A stretch of 63,221 nt of DNA, counting the filler, from Choristocarpus tenellus KU-1152 (lineage: Eukaryota; Protista; Phaeophyceae): assembly GCA_964200185.2 (NCBI GenBank). It is 9 parts of 9 records of this genome, joined end to end, with 100 filler letters (N's around TTAATTAATTAA, not from the genome) between each part and the next. Parts side by side here need not be neighbours in the genome. Positions count along the whole stretch, not along the records: positions 23,148 to 28,011 come from CAXNAD020012742.1; positions 28,112 to 30,896 come from CAXNAD020024783.1; positions 30,997 to 34,871 come from CAXNAD020017449.1; positions 34,972 to 39,210 come from CAXNAD020015536.1; 5 more parts are not named here. One strand, 5' to 3'. Made by a program: the position numbers and the translations under genes. The stretch's first letter is position 1; every line of letters begins with the position of its first letter. The notes under the pieces are model-generated. The model searched no databases. It was not told where the DNA came from and saw only the letters and a program-made list of their open reading frames with translations. Positions 24,292-36,044 of this stretch are shown here, one piece after another.

Positions 24292-25419
24292 CTTGTTTGG
24301 ATGATTAAGGCAGAATATACCTAAGAAGATGATGCCCTGAAGATTAGCCTAACAAGTTCCTTGAGGAAACAAGTTGATTCTTCTTTAGTTTGATTCGGAA
24401 AAATTAGGCTGGATCATGAACAAAGAATGAGGGTTGTGCTTCTGTGCAAAAATAACGTTAGTAAACCCAAAACGCTCCAGAGAAATAAATTAATGGCCAG
24501 AAATTTCAACAGGACTGTTTATGAAACTACTACGTAAGACTTGCTCGCTGAAACAGTAGTTGCCTTGGGGCATCTCCATTCCTTCTGGATCTCTGATCAA
24601 TTCATTGCACCTGCATGATGGAAATAGCAACGGTGGAGACTACAAGAGTGTGTTTGTTTATTGATGCTTATTTCCACCCATGCCCCTACCAACTACTTGA
24701 CTGCGGAAGGCTCCCCTGCGTTTTCGCACACCAGGTGCACTAGTGCTTTGATTTTGTTGTGTTTGACTTCCCCATTGTATTTTTTCGCTCTCACGAAACC
24801 TGTACCCACTACAGCAATGAAATGCTGTCAATGTTAGAACGTATTGCAAACCCCTGAGCTACCAGAAAGTAGTCAGCTAGTGAATGCACAACCGAAGTTA
24901 GTCACTGATCGGAGGGATAGTAACCCTCGCACGACACCTCACCAAGTCTAACAGCTTGCGGTCCTTATGACGAGTTTTTGTTCGAAATCTAGTATACCTC
25001 AGATGAATACTTTGTCGATAACCAAGGGGTTTTTACTGTAGTTTTAACAAGCGCTACTCTCGTGGGATCGATTCCCACCAGGGTTACACCTTTGTCTGAA
25101 GGCTAGACATGCCGTCGGGATAGACAACGTCGCTTTTTAGAAACTTTCCTGTCGAAGTTAGTAATTGGTTAGAGAAATAGCAACCCTCGGGCGAACTTTA
25201 CCAAATCTAACAACTTGCGACCCCTGGGATTAGCGTTTGTTAGAAGTTCTAGTGAACCCCTGAGGTATTGAGAAAGTAGTCAGTGCATCAGTAACACAAA
25301 CATAAAGGCCGAGTACCAGATTTAACAGCAAATTCATCGTGATTCACCTGATCACCTTTGTCGACTATCACAGTGTTAAGTGAATGAAACGTTTAACACA
25401 GAAAAACCCATGTGAGGTT

Positions 25420-26910
25420 GGGAGACACGGGGAGAAGTCCAAGTAGTACAAAGAGCCCAAGGTCCGGAGTGGGATGTGTGTCTTGCCATTCAATAGGTAG
25501 TGGTTGTGAGAAATCACTGTAGTCCAGCCAGTAGTTGCCGCAGCACATGTGGAGTACAAATGACGACCAAGACCAGGTACCAGCAGGACAGTGAAGGTGG
25601 AGTGAGCGGGTGGTGATGGGGGGTGCTGCAACAGTCCAGTGAAGATGGCTTGCCGATGTGCAATGTGATGGAGATCCCCGATGCCGGAGACGGTGATGGG
25701 GTGGGCAAGGGGGGTAAGGTGGGATAGGGAATGGTGGGTGGTGGGATGAGGGAGGAATCGGCCACGCTCCAGAAGCTTACCTCTATAGGATGTATAGCTC
25801 CAGTCTACAAGCCTATAGATGAGGATGATGCACGTACAGGACTCCTGATGCACAAGTCGTCAAGTGTGCTGGATCTCTAACTTGGATTATTCCCTTCATA
25901 AGTGTCGTCCATATCATCATAATAATATGAAAAGGAACTGGCACCGATGTACCATGTATGGGGGTTATGATATTAACAAAAATAATAAATGTAAAAGCTA
26001 AGAAGTACAAATATATAAAATCTAGGACTTCAAGGTCACAATGGTGTTTATGAGACCGCCATCAAGACATATCGTCCGTAACAGTGCAGCCAGAGTCGAC
26101 TATGAATGAGGTGAGGTCAGTGGTGGGTGGGTCTTGTACTGGGGGTGTGCCGTTGGTTGTGGTGGTGGGGAAGGTGGTTGTGGACGTGATAGTGGAGAAA
26201 CAGTAGGAGTAGTGGTCGTGAGCATCTGGACCACAGACGTCTGGCAGAACTGCGGTAGTGATGGACATGGCGGCAGTCTGGTTGGGAGTAGGTGGGGATG
26301 GAGTAGGTGGGTGGGGGACGGACGGGCGGTGTAGGTGGCGATGTTGTGCTCGGCATTCTTGATCAGTGTGCGAGGGTGTCATGTGGTAGGAACACCAAAT
26401 TTCTGGAGGTGGGAAAAGGGCCCATGGGATGGTGATGGGGTGGGAGCATAGGATGGCGGTCGGGTTGGGGCAGAAGTGCGGTGGGGGCATTGGCGCAGGT
26501 GGTGACCAGGCTGGTGAAAGTGGCAGCAAGCGCAGACTCGAGCAGTGAGAGCAAGGTTGGGAGCTCCATCCATTGGGAGATCGGCAAGGTTGAGATCGTT
26601 GTTGTACGTGGCTCGAATGGCTACAGTAAGGTCCTCTGTGGACTAGCAGGGCGTCGTACTCAGAAGAAAGGGCGGAGAGCAGTGCAGAATGTAAGCGGAA
26701 CTCGCTAATGGTTTCCCAAAACCTCTCCAACTCAGCTTTAGCCTTGTAGAGGCGCAGGAGCCACTGGTCAGGATCCTTGCCATTTTCCATCGCACATCGC
26801 TTGAATTGGCGATGAACAACACGCACCTGTTGTTCCATGGCAGCTTCGTACTTGATCTTCAGGGCTGCTATAGGCGAATAGCGCGAGCATTTCTTCTCGT
26901 GTTCTAACAA
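25420..26910 (-). mobile_element. Ty1/copia LTR retrotransposon relic (gag + protease), interrupted by a ~320-bp insertion
   Basis: Gag segment MENGKDPDQWLLRL..KAEL..LLSALSSEYD, knuckle WCSYHMTPSHTDQECR, protease FIVDSGCT. Resumes at ~25765 with ADSSLIP..ITVSGIG..VLLVPGLGRHLYS..IPLRTLGSLYYL. Confidence 0.8.
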
Positions 26911-28266
26911 GCGCGAGCAGTATACGAGATTAGTAACGTGTAGGTAGCCTTACAGATAAATACTGATTCCTTATAAGATGCAGAGTAAGATTCGTAATGC
27001 ATATGTAACCTTGCAGAAGAAACATCAAAGTTCCTAGAAGTTGCAGAATAAAGGTTTATAAATGGAGTATATATACAGCAGTTTGTAGAGGTCTTTTACC
27101 ATAGATATCTAAAGAAGATGGATGGATGATAATAATAAAAGGGCTATTGGCCGCCATCCAATACCCCTATTAAAACAGTCTTTGATCTTGAACGAAACAT
27201 TAAGTCGAGCTTTGAGCTACGCACTGAATGGAGTATCGAGAGAAGACCGTCTGACACCCAAGAAACTGTTCCCAAGGGCAATGCCCCCATAGCGTATTTT
27301 TTAGGTCGTTGGATTTGAGTTGTACATCCTGTGGAGGCAAGTTCTGGAGCGTGCTGTAACAGGCCTGCCATGCTGACAGGTCATCGTTGAGCTCAGTCTC
27401 GTCTAGCTTGTGTTACGATCCAAACCAGCAAAGAGGTAAGCAAGGTTCCATTTTAAGGATGCCCTAGAAAGGACAAAAATATGCAATTTTGTATCGTTGC
27501 GGAAAGATTTTTTGCTGAATTGTGGCGTCACTTATTGTGTGGAAAAAGAGGGAATATCAATTTTGCGTACGCTATTGTGTACATAAAGAAATTAAATAGA
27601 GCGTACTGCAAAGAGTAAGAAGGATGGCTTGAAATGGAAATGGGTTCAAATCTGCCTACCTCTTAATTGGTTTGGCTCTAACCAGAATATAATGTGAATT
27701 TATCCTCGTTTTAGAGACCAATCGTACGTTTTGGCATTTATAGACGATTTTCACCCTTCCAACTTGATGCATCTATAATGACTCGATCCTATAAATGGTC
27801 TCAAAAAAGTCTTAAGACCCACCCCAAGCACATTGAAGTACTGTACTAATGTGGATGGCAAGAGCGGAGTGGGACAGGTGGCAGGCTCGTTGCAATCTTG
27901 GGCCTGTGGATGCCATTGAAATGGAGTTCAAGAGACAAGAATAGTTGGGGTTTCTTGCTTTGATCTGTTTGAGCCTTAAGTATAGGCTCAAAGTATCTCG
28001 GGGGGGTGGCGNNNNNNNNNNNNNNNNNNNNNNNNNNNNNNNNNNNNNNNNNNNNTTAATTAATTAANNNNNNNNNNNNNNNNNNNNNNNNNNNNNNNNN
28101 NNNNNNNNNNNACGTGCGACCAAATCACATCAAAACGTGAAAATCGAAAAAAGGGTGAGAAACGGACGCCGACACCCCCCCCCCAGATACTTCGACCCAT
28201 AAAACACCCGTTTCATGTGCGTATATCCTTAGCTCGGTAAAACACAAAATATAATGTACGTTCTTT

Positions 28267-28460
28267 AAACATAGGCTACTGATCTTTAGTTCCTTGATAC
28301 GATACAGTTCTAACAGTCAACACGGACTGTTGATTTGTCTGTTACGCTCTGGACGTTACTGTCATAAGTTCATCATCACCACATCAATTACGATTGGAAA
28401 ACCGTAGTACAGAACAGTCGCTCTGCGTTCCACATATGCAAGAATAGTATACGTCACTTG
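28267..28460 (+). repeat. Dispersed ~195-bp repeat (family D); second copy at ~51087-51280
   Basis: AAACATAGG(C/T)TACT...GATACAGTTC...CAGAACAGTCGCTCTGCGTTCCAC...AAGAATAGTATACGT is shared between contigs 4 and 8. Confidence 0.85.
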
Positions 28461-28565
28461 AGTTGCATCACATGTTGGTTCAAGTTTGTTCTGTTGTTCC
28501 CTTGTTTGTTTTTCTTCACCCTGACTTCTTATCAGCAGAAGATGACAGTTGTACTTTGATTGTTG

Positions 28566-28819
28566 GAGTGAAAGTATCTTAGAGGGTACGAGTTTTGACC
28601 TATTTGTCCGTTAGGGACTTGGCTTCCGATGGGCTCTTTATGACATTTTCCTACTCCGAAATGTTTTGGAGTAGGTAAAATGTATACCTTTCAAAAAGTT
28701 GTGTCCGGAACAAGGATATTGACACTAACAAACATGATAGCCAAAATTACATCGAAATCGCAACATTGGATTTTGACTCCCAAATGGACGCAGCTCTACC
28801 CTCTAAAATACTTTCACTC
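28566..28819. mobile_element. MITE family A
   Basis: Same TIRs and internal sequence as the other family A copies. Confidence 0.9.
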
Positions 28820-29319
28820 GTTGTTGATTTTTTTTTTTCATGGCTGCCATTGATCCCTCACAATGCACCAAGCTCACTCTGCAATGAGTGTATCAGCTGC
28901 ACACCTGGATGTAATATAATCAGAGTTAAAACCATCCGCAGAAACCCTTGTCAGCCAAGGTGGCAAGCTTTTCCACAGAGCATGGACTTCTTTTGTTGAG
29001 TATCTCATGAAAGAACATTGAATTCACATCACATCATTCTGGATTGAGCAACCAAGAATACTGAATTCACATCGCATCATTCTTGACATAGAGATCAATG
29101 ACCTCAGTTACAACAGAATAAATAAATCAGTGCTTTGCAGCACAATCACATCTATCCATAGCATAGACTACGCATATTACTCATCGGTGCTTCATAACAC
29201 CATGATTCCTCTTCACTCGTAGTCTACGCATTTTGCTTACATGTACGATGCATTCGATTTAGGTTTCAACATATGTAAATGTAAGATGAGTCAGTCTTTG
29301 GTCATACGTCAGTGAAAAT

Positions 29320-29496
29320 GACCCAATCTGGGCGGGGGGGGGAGGTCTACACCAGGATGTCCACTTGGGTCATAACCAGGAAAGGTGCATGTGCATTATC
29401 CATCTGACTTATGCAACCGAATCACCCAAAAATCGCGATATGAAAAAATTGGTCCCAAATGGACAGCCGCCACCCCCACCCCAGTTAGTTTGAGTC
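29320..29496. mobile_element. MITE family B
   Basis: Shared internal sequence; AAT TSD. Confidence 0.85.
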
Positions 29497-29759
29497 AATG
29501 GACGACTAAGACAGAAGATTGGCGGATTAGTAATAAAGTAGTGAGTGTTCACCATGTAACCCACCATCAGCGTCTGGCGACGAACCTCTCCTGTGTGAAG
29601 CTATTCAACACACTTAAATGCCTTAACCAATATACTAAAGCTAGAGGAGGTGCAGCTGGAGCTGGAGTGCGTTTGGGTAGTGAACTACACTCTTGGGCTT
29701 CGATGGGCTCCATGCCAAACTCCTTCAATTGTCTGATGACAATTATGCAGGCTGGTTTG

Positions 29760-30560
29760 CCACAATGCGTGCCTTCTTCGGTGCGAACGGTGATATTAAC
29801 GAAGCATGGAGGAGAGGGAGGACCCTCTTAGAGTGAGCGACGTAATCTTCATCTAGGGGGAGGATGTGAATGAAGATGAGGCCAGAAAAGGCGTATGACG
29901 TTTTGCTTAGGAGTGCCTGGAGGCAAAATTTTCTCCTTCTCTCAGATGAGGAAATCGCAAGATTGCAGAAGATGGTGATAACCGTGAAAACGCTACGGGG
30001 GTCTGACCCCCAAATCACCTTTACCTACATCATCGTGGTAGTGGTGAGCGTTCGAGAGCCACGATACAATGCACTGCTCGTTCACGATGTTGGACTGGTT
30101 GGGCCAGATGGCTATGATGGGACACGAGATGCCGGAACAGGTCCTACGAATTGCTGTGCTGGATTTTTTGGATGACGACTACTATCAGATCACCAAACAT
30201 TATATACAACATCATGGTAGTGTTGAGCGTTCGAGAGTCATGACACAACGCGCTGCTCGTTTGTTTTCTTCTCCCTCGTTTGTTTCTTTTCCGCGGGGGG
30301 CAGGTAGCACTCTGGCCGCTAGGACTGTGAACTGGTGGAAGAGGTCGCTGAAGGTCAACCCAGAAAGTGGCCAATGTACGACTAGTCACCATACTGACCC
30401 TGGTAACGGCAGGATCCTGTGCCAGGGGTGAGATCAAGACAATTGAAATATGTTTCAAGTGTGGGTTCATCTAGCATGCTCGTCCTTGCACTTTTGAAGG
30501 ACTGTGCTACAGCTGTGGGAGTAATGGACACCTGCAGTAGCACGTTTGTCGTCAGGTAAG
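29760..30560 (+). mobile_element. Degenerate LTR-retrotransposon gag (copia-like) with two zinc knuckles
   Basis: GSDPQITF..MAMMGHEMPEQVLRIAVLDFLDDDY gag-like segment. Knuckles CFKCGFI*H..PC and CYSCGSNGHLQ*..C at ~30450-30555 contain stops. Confidence 0.65.
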
Positions 30561-31254
30561 GGCGACGCCGTCTATTGAGGCGGATGAGTTACCTAGGCCA
30601 GAATTAGAACCAGCAAGGGGAATTTTGGTTATCATCAGGGGAGAGCAACGTCGCTAATGAGGCGAATGATTATTTGATTCACAGTTGAGGAAGGGAGAAA
30701 CTCCTCCTATCCGCAACCCCCCATGATGATGAGGGCAGCCAATCTACAACATTGCCTCCTTGATGACGAAGAATGAGGACAAGACAGTTGTGGGTTTTAT
30801 GTGTTGCGATTTGCGTATTTCCCTTTACATCTCCCGAGGATTAGAGGGTATTGTTAAAGTATCCCCAAAATCATCAAAGAGGATAAAGGTGATAAANNNN
30901 NNNNNNNNNNNNNNNNNNNNNNNNNNNNNNNNNNNNNNNNTTAATTAATTAANNNNNNNNNNNNNNNNNNNNNNNNNNNNNNNNNNNNNNNNNNNNCGCC
31001 GTCGCGCACCGACCAACGGGTGGTTAACCCTGACGTCATAAACAACAATCGCTACAGTCCCCCCCGGGTGGCTACCACCGGGGGGAACGCCATAGGGGCG
31101 GACAGGTTAGTTTTGGTGTGAATTGGTGTGGTTCTCTTTTTGTACTGGTCCCTTTTTTGAGGCAATTTGAATTCCTCAAGATGCTGAGGTGTATGCAGCC
31201 AGCCAAGCGGCTCTCCACCTCTGAAGGTCAGTGGTGGCAAGGGGGGAATGTTAC

Positions 31255-31444
31255 GGTTCAAAGTATCTGGGGGGGGTGACGTCTGTCATTTGGGGCCCGT
31301 TTTCCCATTTCGCAATTTTTGGGTGATTTGGTTCCATGCATCAGATGGATAATGTCAGTACACTTCTCCTGGACAGGGTCCAAATGGATACCCTGGTGTA
31401 GACCCCCCCTCCCCTCCCCTCCCCCCCCAGAGATACTTTGAGCC
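31255..31444. mobile_element. MITE family B
   Basis: GGTTCAAAGTATCTGGGG ... AGATACTTTGAGCC. Confidence 0.88.
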
Positions 31445-32280
31445 TATCAATTACCTCGAAGTACATGTTTTGTGCCTTGTTTCTGTCCATAACCTAGTAC
31501 TCCTACCTTGATGTATACTGTGTGACCTTTGTGCTTGTATGCATGTGTATGCACAAGCATTTTACCGTTGAGTTGGAGTAATAAAAACACTAATGTAAAA
31601 CTGGGCCGACCTTGGCCCCAGCAGGCGAAGCAGCCAGCGTTCGACATAATGCCACTCCGTGCACTGTGCAATGCACTGCACCCTTTTGGGGGGCTGGGTT
31701 GTGTCACGCCAACTCATGTTCTGACACTTGGCTTGCCCATGTCTTTTCGGCAGTGGCAGCGGAGGTGGTGGGGCTTGGAGCTGAGACGTGGGAGCTGCAT
31801 AGCGCCACCTGCATGTGGGGGGTGGGCGGGAGTGGAGGGTGGGGGGAAAGGTTGAATGGCTACCCTGTTCTGAGGAGGAGCAGGGGAACTATGTGCTGTA
31901 AATGACACAGCTAAACTTCTGACTACCCTTGAAGAGGGAAGGCAGACAGGGAAGGAACAAGTGGGAAGTGAGCACTCCAAGTGGACTGATGTTTTTCATA
32001 GTCATGTGAAGATACTAAGTTGGAGGGGGTGGAAAAGGATATAGTTAAGTGCTTGTTTCAAGAGAGATTGAAGGGGAGGTGAGGGAGTGGGGGGAGGGGA
32101 TGAGGGGCCAACTAGGGTCCCTTTTGTTCTCATTTTCTCCCCTCACAGTGCCTGGCGATACAAGGTTGATTCGTGATCAGTTGTCATTCAGGGAAGGAGA
32201 ATGGACCAAGATAGTGTGCAGTGGAGGCATTTCACAGGGCAGAGAGGACATGAAGAGGTGGACGGNNNNNNNNNNGGAAT

Positions 32281-32312
<32 letters not shown>

Positions 32313-35300
32313 ATCTGTCATTATGCAAGGTCTTGCAAATAGGCCACATGGTATCAGGCAGACTGAAACTCATCGTTTTCGGAAGCAGAGGAACCAGAAC
32401 AAGAGTGGATCTGGGGATAGTACTGATGATATACATGGTCTACCAAAATGAAAGAGTAATGATTGTTGTGGGCGACTGAGAGGACATCAGAATGTTCAGG
32501 TGTTCCTTGGCTAGAGCTGTAGTTTGAAAGAGGGGTGCTCATCTGCTCTTGGTAGCTCTGGGATAGGGGAGCAGAGTAGCTCTACTGTGAGTACTTTTGA
32601 CTTTTGTGTACAATTGTACTTTTTTGTGTGGCCGTCATTCTGTAGGCCCTCATTGGTGGGTGCTGGGTTATAGAAATGGCTTGTCCCTTTCCCTTGGAGC
32701 ACAGCTCGGGACATATTCTTTGAGTTATTTTGTTCCCTTTTTTTTGTCAGATGATGGGTCCCCTCCCTTGTCTGCCCAAATATAGCATTGGTTCTGTGAC
32801 TCTGGTGTGCCCTCTTGCACAGGTTGTCTAACTTTGCATGTTTGAATGTTTTTGTGGCCCTATCGTGTACCGTGTACTCGATGATGCGATGGGTTGTTTT
32901 GCCTTATGTTTCGCACCTTCTGCGCATGGGTTGTGTGTAGTGGGATGTGGTTGTGGATGCTCTCTGTTGGCAGATGCCTATGACAGCTTTTGTTGGTACT
33001 GCAGTGGTTGTAGTCACAAAACCTGCTGGAGGAGCTTGGTGGGAGTGATGTGAGACTTGAAGGGTGGAAGAGCAGTAAGGGGTTATTATGGGAATGCAAA
33101 AGAGGATCGATGAAGGCATGGAGGGTTAACAGTGAAGGATTAAGTTGCATGTGGGGTGGTGGTTGGGAGGGAATTATCAGGGTTTGGGGGTGGCGAAGGT
33201 CATTCTTTGTTGTGGAGGGTTTGGTGATTGGTAAGGTGGAAAAGGCAAGTGAGGAAGAGAAGGTTATGGTTGGTGAGTTGTTGAATGGAAGATGGAAGGC
33301 AAGTTGTGAGTAGCTCCAGATGGCGCACCTGTTGCTGCTGGTCTGGTTTATGTGCATTGGGAATGGAGGGGGGTGGGGGCTAGCAAGAGCAATGCTCCCA
33401 AAGGGGCTTGAGTGACCCTATTAGCTAATCAAGTAAGTGAATGTCCATGCATGGATAACGGATATACAATCGGGTCAGCCCGAAGCATTGAGGGTACAGC
33501 AGGACTGGTAAGGCTGATGATGAGTGAATGATGTGGGTCAGGGCCAGTGAGCTGATGAGCAAGGGAAGGAAGAATGGCACAAAGGTGTGTGCTTACATGC
33601 TGTTTATTACGCGAAGAACATGATGCTGCTTAAGTTGCAACCTAGATGCTGTGGATGTTGCTTCGAGGTTGAAGGTTAGCATTGTGCACAATTTTAACAC
33701 ACTTCATGATAGTAGCAGCAAGGGGCAGGGTATTCAATGTGCCAAGGGCTGGGAAATTTGAGGAATGAAGTAGAGTGTTGCTTTTTATCCACCTTGCACC
33801 CTGTGGGGCTGCAATGTTCCAGGCACCCAGTCAACCCTCTTGCACCAGTGTCGCTCAACGTGAGTCATCATCATTCATTCATAATGTTGTCTATCTCCGT
33901 GATACTTTACATTTTATCGGTCGTCTACCCAAGATAAACTAGTCATTGCCTTCTAACATAAATCATGAACTGACGCTGCGTAATATACAACCATCTTTTG
34001 TCAATGCATCTAGGGCCTCCTCTTGCACCTGCATGACATAAGAAGGGTTGAACCATTCCCTGTTTTAGTCCACCACCCTTTGTGAATCCTGTAGGTGAAA
34101 TATAGCATAGACACCACAGTATTTTTTTTTTGTTAGCAAAGGGGACTGATTGATCGTAGTAGTACTAATATTGTATTGTATTAAGAGGTACTTCGTAGGA
34201 CTGTTTTGTGCCGTTTCAAAAAAACATGTCAAGAACTGTAAGCCACAATAAACAAAACCACTCCTAAGACAATTCAACTACTTCGTGGTAGCGTCACCCT
34301 GAAAACAGGAGGTAAAAACGTCGAGAACAGTTGAGCTAGGAACTTTACAGGGAAAATTGCTCCTGCAGTTTAGAGTCGCAAAATTAACTGGGTAATCAAA
34401 AGCTGCAAAGACCAATTTCCGTGTGGTATCGGGGGCCGTCACCACACACTTCTTCGTCAAGGTCGTTGTGGTGTGTCTGTCGTGTTTCTATGCTGGCGTA
34501 ACAGAAAATTCGCCATTTGTACTTAGGTTACCTTCCGTCTTAAAGATTGTTCCAGTTGTTTTCTGGTTGTTGGGATGCGTGTATTGTGACGTTATTACTC
34601 ATAGTAGTCCTACTACTATTTCCTGATAATGATGCATAGAACGTTTGGCCATATTCAGCAACCCAGTCCATGAGCCAGGACAATGTTGAGGACAAAAGGG
34701 TCTATAATGCTGCTACCTGGTCAGCATTGAGTGGACAGTGTTGCTCTACAATGTTCAGTGTTAATATTCGGCACCATCTTGCTGAGTGATGTATTTTATT
34801 TTCTATGAATTCAGACAGATGGGCCCTCGGAAGGAACAGGTTCCCGCAATTCTTGAATCGCATCTCCTCGTNNNNNNNNNNNNNNNNNNNNNNNNNNNNN
34901 NNNNNNNNNNNNNNNTTAATTAATTAANNNNNNNNNNNNNNNNNNNNNNNNNNNNNNNNNNNNNNNNNNNNCAGCCCCCCGGAAAAGCGGGCACCCGACA
35001 AACAAACCCACCCCCCCCCCCCCCCCCCCCCTCCGTCTCAGTAGAGGCAGGCGTCTGCCTAGTCTCTACTACTCTTGGCAAGTTCTGATCATGGCCTTCA
35101 CGGATGGTGTGGGTAAAGGAGTTGGCTTCTGGTTGTGTTAGTTCGCATTTGCACCATTTAAAAAAAAAAACAGTTCAACATAGTTACATAATCTACAAGA
35201 ACATTTCCTATCTTCCCATCGGACGTTTATAAGCATGGAGGTTCTTCTTCTACTCAGCCCCGTATACAACTTTAGGTCAGCAGTCATCGGAGGGTGTTCC

Positions 35301-35506
35301 CTGCAAGTACTCTTGAGGTTCAAACCCCACCGGTTTCCATATATTTTTATGACGGAAACCATGTTTTCATTACCCAATTCCATGTGACGACCACAAAGAA
35401 ATGGTTTGACTGTACCACTACATTACTATCCTGTCTACAACTGTGTCAAGAAAAGACCAGAGCAGGACCGAGATTGAGTTGGAAACATCGAAGGCCAGTC
35501 TGGTGG

Positions 35507-35589
35507 GTTTGAGGCAAGGTTTGAGGCAAGGTTTGAGGCAAGGTTTGAGACAAGATTTGAGACAAGGTTTGAGACAAGATTTGAGGCAG
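35507..35589. repeat. 12-bp tandem repeat (GTTTGAGGCAAG-like, ~7 copies)
   Basis: Read directly; on the minus strand it encodes SNL(V/A) repeats. Confidence 0.9.
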
Positions 35590-36044
35590 CGCCAGTGGTG
35601 AACCCTACACCTATGAAGCAAGGCAGGAAAGATTGCACTGGAGGCGGTGAAATTAGTTCTATATGTGGTGCAATAGAGAGTAGCAGCTATAGTCTGTAGT
35701 CAGTAAATATGAGAAGAACCAGATGTGTGTGTTGCCTCTGACCACAGGTTGGCACTATTCTGAGACAAACAATAAAAATATAGAAAAAAAGTACAATAAA
35801 AACAAAAAAATATTTTTGCTTATTCTAGCATACAAGGGACACATATATACACAGGACGACATAACACACACAATACATTATACATACATATATATATATA
35901 CATTATACATACATACATACATACATTACACATACATTATACATACACATATATATATATTAACCTTTTCCCACACCCTACAATGTTCTTACACTACCAA
36001 AAAATATATTGTGCAAAGAGTTAAAAATCAATAGGCCAATACCG

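Noticed and set aside
31500-34060. Non-LTR retrotransposon ORF2 on the minus strand
   Set aside because: Composition and a weak HPPHAGG motif are suggestive, but no RT or endonuclease motif could be confirmed.
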